A stretch of DNA of 63,878 nt, filler included, from Collodictyon triciliatum (taxonomy: Eukaryota): NCBI GenBank assembly GCA_043381765.1. It is 27 parts of 27 records of this genome, joined end to end, with 100 filler letters (N's around TTAATTAATTAA, not from the genome) between each part and the next. Parts side by side here need not be neighbours in the genome. Positions count along the whole stretch, not along the records: positions 1 to 2,302 come from JBHJMP010009101.1; positions 2,403 to 4,750 come from JBHJMP010009102.1; positions 4,851 to 7,169 come from JBHJMP010009103.1; positions 7,270 to 9,589 come from JBHJMP010009104.1; positions 9,690 to 12,008 come from JBHJMP010009105.1; positions 12,109 to 14,427 come from JBHJMP010009106.1; positions 14,528 to 16,846 come from JBHJMP010009107.1; 20 more parts are not named here. One strand, given 5' to 3'. Under the pieces are notes generated by a model. That model had not been told where the DNA came from. It made no database searches and saw nothing but the letters and a program-made list of their open reading frames with translations. This document shows positions 1 to 15,001 of the stretch, in pieces (the stretch's first letter is position 1; each line of letters opens with the position of its first letter). The position numbers were made by a program, and so were the translations under genes.

Positions 1-86
<86 letters not shown>

Positions 87-307
87 AAAAAAAAGAAAAA
101 AAAGAAAAAAAAGGAAAAACAAATACAAATACAAAAAAACAAAAAATAAACAAATACAAAAACCATAAAATTATATATGGTGTGGGCGAATGAAAGAGAG
201 CTACACATCATAAAAAGCTTTTTTCGGGGTAGAGCGTTTGAGGGCACTGCAGAAAGTGAACCACCCAGACTGGCGACCCAATCAACATATAACCCTATTA
301 TTACAGA

Positions 308-2081
308 ATGAGCACGCTTCGGACCATCGCTGTAATCCCAGCACGGTTTGTTAGTCACTTAGAAGTTCCAATTGAATTCATTTGCACATACACAAGGAAG
401 AAAAAGAAGAACATATGTTTTATTATATCCCAATCGAATGAATGAGCTGTGTTGTCTTCGATATCATGTCACATAGAATGTTTATTTTATAATATTATAA
501 GCTGTACTCACATTAAGACGATAGATATGCCTCTACCAGACTCCCAGGAAAGCCTCTATGCGATATACTCGGGAAACCTATGATTCAGGTACAAAAAAAA
601 AAAATACTATAAGTCGATATATTTCATTTATAATTTTGAAAAACCAATATGGTCCCCTCAATCATTTCCATAATTTGTTGAGATACTTGCGGCAGCATGT
701 ATCGAATTATACAAGTATTCTCCCAGGCTAAATAAGAAAATTATATCATGACACTTGTCCAGCATACCTATCAAGCGTGCAAGAGGGCTAAAACATTGAA
801 CAAAATTGGTACGCTCTCAATTGCAATTTAATTATTTTATATAGAATATGTCGGCTTCGCACAAGCATTATTATATCCATTTTTACAATGTCGGGGTGGT
901 GGCAGTTTTAACTAGGATTTACATCTTCATATAGTCGTTGCAACTGATGACATGCGTATTATCGATGCTGTAAAAAGCTTTGGTGGTGAAGCAATTTTGA
1001 CCAGTGAAGATTGCGCTACTGGTATTTCACATCTACGGAGCGATTAATATGAACAATATATATATATATTCTGCCTTTTGAATGATTTCTTTTAAAAATA
1101 CTTGTACTATTTCTTTGAGTCGATTTGAAAAGCTACGATGGACAAGGACGTGCTCATTGTTAATTAACTAATTTAAGAATTCAAATTTGATATCGAGGAT
1201 TTTGTTATTTCTATGATACGAATTTCATTTCATTCTATTTCGGATTTTCTCTCTATTTCTCCCACGACGAGGCACCGACCGAATAATTCAATCACTCGAG
1301 TTGATGGGCGAAACTTTCGATATTGTCGTGAATGTCCAAGGTGATGAACCTTGCATAAATCCAGATCATATAGATGCAGTCACACAATGTCTAATGGATT
1401 CTCCCACGGCTGTCATGGGGTATTACCATTTCAACTGTCTTTCTTGCTTCGTCATCTGCGTAGCTTCTTTAGATATGCTGTCAATAAAGATATAATTTTA
1501 ATATAAACAACTAATTCGAATTTACATCATTTTTCTCTCATTTTTCTCATTTTTCTCGTCCTATTGTCTTGTTATATTTTCAGTTAAGCACACCCATATT
1601 TTTTACTTCGTTCGATTCAAAGAAGCACACTCATATATAACATTAGAACTGCAGCAACAAGATTATTTTCCGAAGCAGATGCATATGATAGAAACGTTGT
1701 AAAATGCGTTTTGAACCATAAAATGGATGCGATATATTTCTCTAGAGCCCTGATTCCACATTCAAAGTAATTTTACAATTTCATTTTTTTTAAAAAAAAA
1801 AAATTGAAGATATGAAACATGAAATTGAAAAAAAGTTTTTTTATGTGGTATTTATTCCCTCCAATACACCCACAAAAGAACTGTGCTAGTTCTTTTTTTG
1901 AATTAGTTATTTATACATGTTTAATTGTTTATTGAATTCTACGTTTGAGAGAATATCTATCTTGCAATACAGGTCTGGGAAATTCGACCCCGAGTACCCT
2001 TATCTTCGTCATTTGGGGCTATATGCCTTTCGCTGGGATTTCCTAACGAAATATGCGAAATTGCAAACAAAGACATTAGAG
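308..2081 (+). CDS. kdsB: 3-deoxy-manno-octulosonate cytidylyltransferase (CMP-Kdo synthetase), 7 exons visible, 3'-partial
   Basis: GT-AG exons 308-345, 525-588, 763-808, 935-1021, 1272-1419, 1647-1766 and 1973-2081 splice in frame to [34 protein letters not shown]...VVATDD...TGTDR...VVNVQGDEP...[32 protein letters not shown]...TLE. These are the KdsB motifs. The start codon is tentative. Confidence 0.95.
1586..1636 (-). mobile_element. Ultra-short TSD-flanked insertion, copy A (KdsB intron 5)
   Basis: Insert 1600-1622 (reverse complement CTTTGAATCGAACGAAGTAAAAA) lies between direct repeats AAGCACACCCATAT and AAGCACACTCATAT. Confidence 0.7.
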
Positions 2082-2236
2082 GTGTGCTCTCCATTAGAAT
2101 AATTTGTTTCATCGTATATGCACATAACTTTTATGCTACCTTCATTAAATATTGCGTATGTACATCTAAAAAATGAACAATATTGCCTTGAAGATTTTCC
2201 AATACTCATTACCTAAAAAATAATAATAATAAACGT

Positions 2237-2298
<62 letters not shown>

Positions 2299-2302
2299 AC
2301 AC

Positions 2303-2402
2303 NNNNNNNNNNNNNNNNNNNNNNNNNNNNNNNNNNNNNNNNNNNNTTAATTAATTAANNNNNNNNNNNNNNNNNNNNNNNNNNNNNNNNNNNNNNNNNN
2401 NN
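2303..2402. other. Artificial contig-joining linker N44-TTAATTAATTAA-N44 (first of 26; the others start at 4751, 7170, 9590, 12009, 14428, 16847, 19266, 21685, 24103, 26521, 28938, 31354, 33768, 36181, 38593, 41004, 43415, 45825, 48234, 50642, 53050, 55458, 57865, 60269, 62672)
   Basis: An identical 100-nt spacer carrying stops in all six frames recurs about every 2.4 kb; contig lengths fall from about 2.35 to 2.30 kb. Confidence 0.99.
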
Positions 2403-4550
2403 GTCCTCCACTGGTGTTGGGGCGATTTTCTGGATTGGCTGGGCTGATGGAATCATTTCTTTTTGAAGATATGAGAGCAGCATGGATGGCTTGTTGATCT
2501 CAATGTCTTTTTGAACGACCGGGACAGGCTCTTGGGTGTTGAGATCTACGACGTGTGTGGTATCCTTTCTTCTGAGACTTAACCTGTTTCTCTTGAAAAA
2601 AAAAACATTTTTTATCAATACTGTGATTCATTTCTATACTATATTATCATATAAAAAGATGAAAGGTTTTCACTTACTCTTGTGATAGGAGTGGTGGTGG
2701 GCTCTGTAGTGTATAAATATCAATGAGTTTGATTTTATATGACAGGTGAATGCAAATGGTGTCATAGATGATAGTTACCTTTTGATGGAGGAGGATGAGA
2801 GTCATCTTGTTTTTTGTTGTCGATATCCTTTTGGGCTTGCATCTCCTTTTCCTTTTGACGGTCTTTTTCCTTCTGGCGTTGCATTTCCCTTTCTTTTTCC
2901 TTTTCTCTTTCCTTTTCTCTTTCCTTTTCTCTTTCCTTTTCTCTTTCCTTTTCCTTTTCCTCCTCTTTTTCTTCTTGGCGTTCCTTTTCTTTTTGCTTTT
3001 CCTTTTCTCTTTCCTTTTCTCTTTCCTTTTCCTTTTCCTTTTCGATTTGCTTATCTTCTTCCTTATCCGTTTCCTTTTCTTTTTTTCTCTCGTTTTCTTT
3101 TTCTTTTTCGATTTCCATTTCTTTTTGTAATTCTTTTTGTCTCTCTTTTTCTTTTTCCGTTTCCATTTGCATTTGCATTTGCATTTCTCTTTGTGTGTCT
3201 ACTTGTTGAGAGTGTTCCACTTGTGATTGGAATTCTTTGTTTTTTGTATGCTGTTGCGTATATATATTAATGTTTCTCTTCACAAATCTATGATATTGTT
3301 TGTCATGAAGGAAGTATATGCATAATATTGAATAGAGATGAACTAACCCTTTTCACCATAGAATCCATTGATTCATTCGGAATCACGACAATTGGTTCAT
3401 CAGAGTCGCTCGATTCCAAGGAATTGTCCACCGCCTCGTCACCTTTTGAAATAAAACAAGCTTAAGTGCAATACAAGTGAACATAAATGTTGGGGTCTTT
3501 TATTTTTATTAATTATTAATATTTTGTCAAAAATAGCCTTAATGTGACATATTTAAACACATAGCTTCCTCTTATGTCGAATTATAAGTATTTGGTATAA
3601 TGATTACCATGCATACTACACATCAGCATGGGACTGCTTCTATCCTCATGCTCGATGACCTCTTTTTCGATAAACTGTACATTTTTTCGATATCATTAAT
3701 GTAATAGTTGTTATTGGTATAGTGTTTCTATTGATATGATTGATTCTACTTTATGAGATATACTTGAGCATTATTCAACCATACCATGTACTCGGAATAG
3801 TCAACAGCAGAAGAAACCAACAGATCATCTAAATAAAAGATTCATTAAACTTGAAATCAAAAAAAAAGGATCGTATGAGTGCAAGTTTAAGACTACCTTG
3901 GTCATGTTTAGGATTCGGATTATAGTAGAGAAACTGGGTTTGGATTCCTCTCTTTTTGACCACCGTGGCATCCTTATTGTTTTATTTCAATAAACATTTT
4001 TTTATTTATTTCATATGAAACATATGTCATAGAATAAAAAAAACATACAAAATCAGAAAAACCTTTCATAAGTTGTAAACAAAGAGGCAATCAAAATACA
4101 TACATTCTTTGAAGTGCTGGGCTGGGAATGCAGCTCTTGAGTGCTTTTCTTTTCATTCGCTGTTGTCTGTTTTACATAGTATTATTTATAATCACTGGGC
4201 TCTTTGGAAAGGTGTATTGTTATATATGTACCTCAGTGCGTGAGTCCATCGCTGTGGAAGAGTTGGTGGCTTGACAGTCGCCACGTTTTTCTTGTTTAGA
4301 GTTTTAAAAATAAGACATATGTTGAGAGCTTAAAGACAAGCATGGGAAATAATTAATACCTTGCGTTGACACGTTGGTGTTTACTCTTTCTTCCATCGGT
4401 TGATCAACTTGATCAACTTGCGTTTCGGGCTTGGATTTTTCCTGTTATTTTGTTTATGTTCAATTATTATTGATTTGAAAATGAAAGCGATATATTCTTC
4501 TAAATAATAAAGTGTATTTGTTACCGCTTCTCTTTGTTCCATTGTTTTGA
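2403..4550 (-). CDS. Multi-exon gene fragment, unknown protein with a long E/K/R-rich low-complexity segment
   Basis: Minus-strand open stretches bounded by GT/AG, including the ORF at 2762-3283 (KEKEREKE repeats) and an exon at about 2403-2584. No recognisable domain; bounds approximate. Confidence 0.5.
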
Positions 4551-7385
4551 TCGCTTTCCTGTACTATATAGAGAAAATAAGTTACAAACAAGTATTTTTC
4601 TTCTTTTTTTTGTTTTTTTTGTTTTGCTATGTTTGTTATGTTTCTGTCTGTGTTTTGTTTTGTTTTGTTTTGTTTTGTTTTGTTTTGTTTTGTTTTGTTT
4701 TGTTTTGTTTTGTTTTGTTTTGTTTTGTTTTGTTTTGTTTTGTTTTGTTTNNNNNNNNNNNNNNNNNNNNNNNNNNNNNNNNNNNNNNNNNNNNTTAATT
4801 AATTAANNNNNNNNNNNNNNNNNNNNNNNNNNNNNNNNNNNNNNNNNNNNGAGATTCTTATGATACTGATATATAAACACCTATTTTTGCTTAACAAATT
4901 TTCGATTGAATCAATTTTAAAAAATGATAAAAAAATGTGCTGTATTGAGCTATTATAATATTACCCAGATTAGCGATGGGGCATGAAACTGACATAAATT
5001 TATAAATCTTTTATTTTAATCACGTAAAAGAAAATGAGGTAAAATAAAAGCATTTGTTTAAAATAATCTTTTATTTCAGGTAACGTAATAGACCGTGAGA
5101 TACGCAACATGATAAGCAAACAAATTCATCTACTTTCGACTAAATTGGGTATTCAAATGCCTCCAACTGGTTCCTGCGTGGTATAAACAAATATTAAGTT
5201 TTGCTCATTAATGAAGGCATAATCATGAATACAACATTTTATATCAATATTACATTATTCAGAATGCAAGTAATTTAGTTGCGCAGTGGCTATAGTCATT
5301 TAAAGTTATTGAAATTGGACAAGAATAAACTGACGTAATCATTAAAGCCGACTAAATTCATATCGTCCCTGTATGAATCGACTTCCATGTGTGAGGTAAA
5401 AAAAAATACTTATCTAGAATAAAAAAAACCTCTGTCACTTTCGTTTACTTCAGCAGCAGTCCGTCAAGAGGCATATATTTAGTCATTCCTATATGAATAA
5501 AAATGCAAAAATAATACATCGAAATGATAAATAAAAAAGGTTGCTGCGTTGAAATAGTAGTTATCAGACTTTACGTTGACAATATCGACTTATATATGAT
5601 TACATAACCATATTGTCTATTCGCCTCCATGTAAAAATAGTAAATGTTCAAAATTGAATTAATGATATTCTAAAATATAAATTCTGAAATTATCGCTTCG
5701 TTATCAAAAATACTTGAATTTACTAACTTGTGTAGGCTCATCAAAACAATTCAATCATGTCATTTTTTTCATCAAAATGGCACAGCAGAATACAAGCAGC
5801 TCTAGTTGAATTAGCATCATTTTAAAAAATAGGTGGTCTAAATAAAATAAAAGGCATCGATTTCAGTAACCTCTCCAAAAAAGTGTGCGCTGCATAAAGA
5901 CAAGAGGAAATAAACATGGTATTTTATGGGATGAAGGTCAAAAGTAAACTAGTGAAATCTCGACATACCAAAGCGAATGATGAATCATTTCTCAAACAGC
6001 AGGATGTCTCTTCATACAACAGTTCTGTGCATGATTATAAATATTAGATACTGTGAATATGCACAAACGTTTTTTTTTTTATTCTTCCTTTCAATTTTGT
6101 GCAGGACCGTGGGGATGTTGGCTTTGGTTCGTGAACGATGTTGAAATTGAGTCCTTGGCGTTGTATCGTAAGCCCTAATATGCATACATTCATTTATGTA
6201 TTAAAATACTCTTATTTGACTGAAATGTACATGCCCCGTACTAAATGGATATAGTATTGACATATTTTGCATACTTTCATCATGAGCTTTTCATGTTATC
6301 AGAGCCCTGCTTCGTTACTCGATGTCCATGCTATCCCTTCATGAATCGAAACATCGACAGAACTCCAAAATGCTCCCAAATAATCCCTTTTTCAACATTT
6401 CTGTTATTTTTTCATTTGAATTTAGAAACTTTTCGAAACAAGCACAAATATATGAAGGAAATAGTTGTCACACGGATTGAAACATTACATTCTTAGATTG
6501 ATATTATCAACTTGAGAGACATTGTATGTTGTCGAAATGTAACGGGCGCTGCAGCCAACATAAGTGGTTTGCCTCCAATATCTTGTACAGAAAATTTAGC
6601 AGCCGCTTTGTGACATCAAAAACTTCACATTCTGACGGTTCTATGCCGCCAGCATATAGGTTACTCTTACACCTACATAATTAAAGGTATTTTGTTTTTA
6701 TCAAACTGCTTGAACAATATAAAAAAATTATCTAAAGCCGCCCGTCAAGTTGTTTGAATTGAAGAGAAACAATGTAGTCTAAATGTAATTTCATACTGGT
6801 TTATTTCTTAAGCGTCAGTAGAGAAAAGGTCAAATGTTATTAAAAAAAAAAGTGATTTCCTTCACACATACAGACCATTCAACTCGAGTGGCGAATTCCA
6901 ACGCGATTTTTGATTGTGTCCAAAGTGACAGGATACCAGTTATGCGGTCTCGTCCAGTGTTGGCAGTGGATGGCTCGAGTGTGAGAATTCTGAAGAGGAA
7001 CCGATATTTCCTTCCATGTCGCTGTCGCTGTCGCTGTATGCGCGTATCTGCTGTGAGCCTTGTGGACTCTGTTGTTGCCTGGCCTTGGCTTCCTTGACCC
7101 CGTTGCTGCTTGTCTGCTTGGCAGGTGTATTCTTTTGCGGGGCTTTTACTTGTCGTTCGTTGTTCGCGGNNNNNNNNNNNNNNNNNNNNNNNNNNNNNNN
7201 NNNNNNNNNNNNNTTAATTAATTAANNNNNNNNNNNNNNNNNNNNNNNNNNNNNNNNNNNNNNNNNNNNATGTATGTATGTATGTATGTATGTATGTATG
7301 TATGTATGTATGTATGTATGTATGTATGTATGTATGTATGTATGTATGTATGTATGTATGTATGTATGTATGTATGTGTCCCGAC

Positions 7386-9416
<2,031 letters not shown>

Positions 9417-10053
9417 CTAAAATATATAGGGAAAAATATAATCATTATACTCACATTTAGAAATGCAAAAGTATAGAGAATGTAATTAAAATATTGTAGA
9501 GTGAAGAAGAAGAAGAAGAAGAAGAAGAAGAAGAAGAAGAAGAAGAAGAAGAAGAAGAAGAAGAAGAAGAAGAAGAAGAAGAAGAAGAANNNNNNNNNNN
9601 NNNNNNNNNNNNNNNNNNNNNNNNNNNNNNNNNTTAATTAATTAANNNNNNNNNNNNNNNNNNNNNNNNNNNNNNNNNNNNNNNNNNNNAAAAAAGAAAA
9701 AGAAAAGAAATAGAAAAGAAATAGAAAAGAAAAAGAAAAGAAAAAGAAAAGAAAAAGAAAAGAAAAAGAAAAGAAAAAGAAAAGAAAAAGAAAAGAAAAA
9801 GAAATAGAAAAGAAATAGAAAAGAAATAGAAAAGAAATAGAAAAGAAAAAGAAAAGAAAAAGAAAAGAAAAGAAAAGAAAAAGAAAAGAAAAGAAAAAGA
9901 AAAGAAAAAGAAAAGAAAAAGAAAAGAAAAAGAAAAGAAAAAGAAAAAGAAAAGAAAAAGAAAAAGAAAAGAAAAAGAAAAGAAATAGAAAAGAATAGGA
10001 AAGAATATAAAAGAAAAGAAAATCGGAAAAATAAACAGACAGCAAGAAAATAC

Positions 10054-11870
10054 CTTTGGCCAAACGGTTTCGGAGTGCAGCAAGCTCGTTTGATGATACA
10101 GAAATCCGAAATAAACCGGGTACTTCGAGTCCTAAGAGATGATTGTAGTGAAATATTACTAATACACCGCACTGGATATTAGCATCGATAAAAAGGTCAA
10201 TTCTTTTTGATTCTTTTCAGTATTTCCATATATGAATCGCATACATACAAGCTTACCATTTTTCAAGAGAAAGGCTATGCATGTTTTTACCAATGGTTCA
10301 GGGTCATTCAACTTGACCTTGGATACTTCATCTGTGGAGAAATAGGAGATGAAATTCATGAAGTCTGATATTGCCATCGCACAATCTCATGGAGAAATAT
10401 TAACAAGTTGTGTTTTACAGTTATTTCCATGTATGTATTTGATAATAAAAGTATTTATTGAAACACCAGGCATTTAATCGGATGTGGAATAGGAAACCAT
10501 GACTGTGGGGAGCTGCTGCTTCTTTTTTTTTTTTTTAAAAAAAATGTTATGAAATAAATTAGATGCAAAATATTAGGTAATGAACTACTTATTTGAATCA
10601 GAAGAGATAGCATCAAAAAATTTTTTTATATAGATATCCTCAGTCAAACCTTGGGGTAGTTCATCAACAACTTTTAACTGGCTGAGCATTCCGGTGATCT
10701 GGGGTTGAGTTATAATTTTTTTTCAGTATAAGAGTTCCTATTTTACTTAATATTATTTCAGCAAACGAAGAATTGTGCCATATGCTAGAATACTTGTTCT
10801 TTAGGAATGCGTCTAGAAAGCCTTTGAGCCAGAGCCGATGCATCTCTTCCTGAAAGCGTTGGTCGGATAGATTCCTTCAAAAAATTGTTTGTATTCATCA
10901 ACATTTTAGCAGATTTATTATAATATGAAGTTAATGAAAAAAAAAAGATGATTACTTTGCGTCGCTGCTGTATTTTTGGTTCATCGAGGCCAGATATAGA
11001 CTCCATGCTGGTCCCCAAGCTATTTGAACTGCCGGAATTACTTGCGATATGCTCTTTACTCTCGCCTTCTAATAATGTAACATAAAAAGTTTATATCAGA
11101 TGTCTTTTATGGCAGCTCAATCCGACAATATATGTTTATTTTTAGTTTGCTATCGCATAAGGAGAACTACATGCAAAAAAAAAAAAAAAAGAAGATGAAG
11201 TTGATAGAATATCGATAGTTGATTATCTTCAGATAATTATCATAAAATGTATCATATTTTCGGAAGAATAGATAAAACAGACCATCATCAACGTACATAA
11301 CTTCTCCTGACAGAAGCTTCTCCAGCTGTATTTTTAGAGTGTCTTGCTCATCCTGCGACAGAACGTCATGCGTGTCATCTTCTGAAAGGAGAAAAATATA
11401 GACGGATTATTATTAGCTTTTCTGCTAGATGATGAAAACTGCAAGTAGATTAATTTTTAATCCCAATAAAAACTTACTGATGTTCACATCGCGCGTGAAT
11501 GAAGCAACTAGGTACCAAGAGCCGTTTGATTAGACAGTCTGACCAACACACCAATTGAAATAGATGCATATGTCCATAAAAATAAACATACAAATAAACA
11601 TACAAATAAACATACAAATAAACATACAAATAAACATACAAATAAACATACAAATAAACATACAAATATAAAAAATGTATGCATATGCAAAGAGTACAAT
11701 AAAAGCGGAACATAAACGCAAATCCATTACACATCATCGAATATCTTTTATGGGCAAAGTAAATACCGTATTCCTGCGACTCCACAATAGCACTTTCTTC
11801 GTTAGGGTCTCTCTCTGTAAGACACATTCCCGTGGAGAGCGGATGTAGTCCTTGCGCTTCCGCATTCTCT
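10054..11870 (-). CDS. RhoGAP-domain protein, partial, multi-exon
   Basis: Exons give EPLVKTCIAFLLKNG|LEVPGLFRISVSSNELAALRNRL (exon 10131-10054), with the GLFR arginine-finger motif. Upstream exons are low-complexity and their bounds are approximate. Confidence 0.8.
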
Positions 11871-12116
11871 GGATTTGAAAGGCCGGGAAAATTGAGAAAA
11901 GGCAAAGAAAAAGAAGAAGAAAGAAGAAGAAAGAAGAAGAAAGAAGAAGAAAGAAGAAGAAAGAAGAAGAAAGAAGAAGAAAGAAGAAGAAAGAAGAAGA
12001 AAGAAGAANNNNNNNNNNNNNNNNNNNNNNNNNNNNNNNNNNNNNNNNNNNNTTAATTAATTAANNNNNNNNNNNNNNNNNNNNNNNNNNNNNNNNNNNN
12101 NNNNNNNNAGCGAGCG

Positions 12117-12160
<44 letters not shown>

Positions 12161-12789
12161 AAAATTTTTAAAAAAAAAAAAAAAAAAAAAAGAGTGCGCT
12201 GTGATTGAGAAAAAATTGGGCATCGGAATCACACCCCTCCTAGTAAAAAAAAAAAAGAAGAAATATCGACAAGGCAGAGAAATGAGTTCTGTTGGAGCCG
12301 AACGCCGCGCAGAGGGCAGACACCCATGGCATCAATCACTCAAATCGAAAGCCACCACATGCCTATGTAACTCGTAAGATGCAGTGATTTGTCACATACC
12401 CGAGTAAACATGCCGGAGTAGGGACAGGGAGTTGGGGATCTATTTCCTTAATTGATTATACAAATGTGGATAGACCACTTGCAAGAGAGCCGATGATCAA
12501 TACTCCATCGCAGGAGCCTCGTTACCTTTCTCTGTAGAAGCGGCACAGGGAGAACAGCACCAGCGGAAAAACCCACCGGCCGTGACACAGAAACAGACGC
12601 GTAGCTTCAGCACAAGGTTATTCAATGGACGTTCACTCCAGCCAGGTTTGTACACCCGACATAGATGCTGCATGACTTGGCCTATATGTTAAATGAATGG
12701 AGACGAGTTTGTGTTGGGTTAGAAGGCAGGGTGCTTGACTGAACCAAGTTGTCCAAGCGCAGACTCTCGTGTGGACAGGACTGAGCCTG

Positions 12790-14285
12790 GAGGCTCTGCT
12801 GAGTTCGATCTTTCACAATCACCACTTCAACTACCAAGTAAGCTGCTGATCGAAGATTGCTCAAAGAATACCCCGAAAGCATTTATTTGTGTCTGACTTG
12901 TTTCACGACGGGGCATAGTCTATGCTTTTGCTATGTGACTACTCTGCACCTGGTGAGAAAGTTGAGTTTCCAACATTGGAGAATCCTGACGGAACGCCGT
13001 ACGCTGCGCCCACATCTTATGAATGCAGCGGCAAGGTTTCGTCTCTGCTGACAGAAGAGTTCCTGGCTGGATATGTGCGAAAGGGTAAATGATAATAACA
13101 TCATCGTGATTACTTTATCTATCATTTTTCTTAATTATAATGGTTCTTCCTCTAATATCTCATTCATCTTTGGTTCTATTTGTTTGGATTTGCCCTTTAC
13201 CAATGGGTATTTTGAATCCTGGGATTACTCCTTTTACTCCTATTTTTTTCTTGCTAATTCGCTTGACTTATTTGTATGATTTGTTCGTTTAGGGAAATTA
13301 TATATTTATTGTCTCAGTTCATGTTCGGATAGTGAAAGTAGCTTCTGTATTCTTCCAACAGGTTCCCAGTCATATGTTAAGACAATAGATGTATAGTTTT
13401 TTTCTAATATTATTTAAAGCAATCTTATGTGTTGAAAATTAGTTCTGGCCACCATCTGTGTATTTATTTATTTTCAAAATATTGCAGGGAAATTAATCCT
13501 TTCTCTGAACAAACCTGATTTTCAAAGAATGGGAATCGATGGCTCCAAATCACCATTTGACCCTAATTTCCACAATATCCTTTTATTCGAAGTTACACCA
13601 TTTTCCTTGCATTATTTTGATACAGCTCTCCTTCTAAACATGCAGATACTTACGTGTTTGATTGTTTTCCCCCCTTTATTCGATTCAATGGTGTTTGATT
13701 GCTTTTTAATGCCCCAGGGGGCCACACTAAAATATATAAAAGTTTGTCATCCTTAATCATAATCACTTTGCAAAATAGATATCGCATCAAAAGATTTCGT
13801 GCCGAGTAAGAGTATTTATGACCGTGTCTGTAGAGGATTGGACAAGGGCTTTTCTTCATCCAAATTCGTGGCTGTGTGGTTCAACGAAGGTAAAGCCGTA
13901 TGCAACGGAAGTTACTCTTTTTTTGTTCATCATACATTCCTCCATTTCCATCTTTGTCTAAATAGAGCAAAATTAAATTGAATTTAATAATATAAAGGAA
14001 AAATTGAATTTAATAATAAGATTACATAGATAGATAAGAAGTAAATGAGTATACCATTTACCGAGATTGAAACAATAGAAGGGAAAATCTTGCCTATAAA
14101 TTTCCCTGCAAACATCACATGCCAATCAAGAGTGGGCAATATGGCAAGCTCGCAGTACAATGACCCAAGTCTTCCGGATTTTAGTCAACTCGTCTCTCAA
14201 CTGTCTACTATAACCAGAAAAATTCCCAAGGATGAACAACACGATATTAACTTTCTTTTAGAATATATCGGATTATGTGCCCTGC
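12790..14285 (+). CDS. RPP40: Ribonuclease P/MRP subunit Rpp40, partial, containing one AT-AC intron
   Basis: Spliced peptides HHFNYQ|SMLLLCD...SLLTEEFLAGYVRKG|KLYIY...FCILPTG|KLILSLNKPDFQRMGIDGSKSPFDPNFH|ICKIDIASKDFVPSKSIYDRV...LLEYIGLCAL are collinear with Rpp40 as I recall it (LPNGKLILSLDKDTYEETGLQG). Confidence 0.8.
13575..13766 (+). other. U12-type (minor spliceosome) AT-AC intron
   Basis: 5' end ATATCCTTTT at 13575, branch-point-like TCCTTAAT at 13750-13757, 3' end AC at 13765-13766. Removing it joins the two exons in frame (CAC A|TT TGC AAA ATA GAT). Confidence 0.88.
13654..13701 (-). mobile_element. Ultra-short TSD-flanked insertion, copy B (inside the U12 intron)
   Basis: Insert 13665-13690 (reverse complement CATTGAATCGAATAAAGGGGGGAAAA) lies between perfect repeats GTGTTTGATTG. 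Confidence 0.8.
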
Positions 14286-15001
14286 GTATTGTGTATTTTT
14301 CTGATTCGTAGACCTTATATGTGTCGGTTGTTTGTTTGTTTGTTTGTTTGTTTGTTTGTTTGTTTGTTTGTTTGTTTGTTTGTTTGTTTGTTTGTTTGTT
14401 TGTTTGTTTGTTTGTTTGTTTGTTTGTNNNNNNNNNNNNNNNNNNNNNNNNNNNNNNNNNNNNNNNNNNNNTTAATTAATTAANNNNNNNNNNNNNNNNN
14501 NNNNNNNNNNNNNNNNNNNNNNNNNNNCAAAACATCAACGGTGGGGAGAAACACTGGGCATCACCCACACCCCGCTCACCGCGAGCTGGAGACAAGCGCG
14601 AACCCCGCAAGTCCTTCCAAATCACCGCTCTCTAATGCTTCATATCACCAATAGGGAGCTATGGATAGGCACACGCGCGACAAAAGCTGGCAAGGCCTCC
14701 CAAACAATTCACAATTTGCAGCAACGGTGATGAATCCATTGAGCACACATTTGTGAAATGTCCCTTCGCTCAAAACCTGCGCGAAATAACTGGTGATATT
14801 CTTCGACTGACACTCGATACGACTTTTGTTATATATTTGCACATCGTGACTTTGCGTACTCATGTCCTCTCTAGGATATGAGATCTATACATATCTATCC
14901 CGAGAATTTCATATCTATTCATATTTTAGGAACCATCGTATTTATTAATATCTGCTTGCTTGAAGTATAAAGAATCCGAGATAATTGTTCACATAATTAA
15001 T

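Noticed and set aside
2746-3270. F/P/L-rich + strand ORFs
   Set aside because: Antisense shadow of the E/K/R-rich minus-strand exon.
4851-7169. Exon-like pieces on both strands and a GC-richer end segment that may be retroelement-derived
   Set aside because: I could not build a coherent reading frame or recognise a family.
9634-10172. Low-complexity ORFs (poly-F/L/S, CLCL, MIMI, YIHT and similar) here and throughout the ORF track
   Set aside because: They are stop-free translations of microsatellites in introns or at contig ends.
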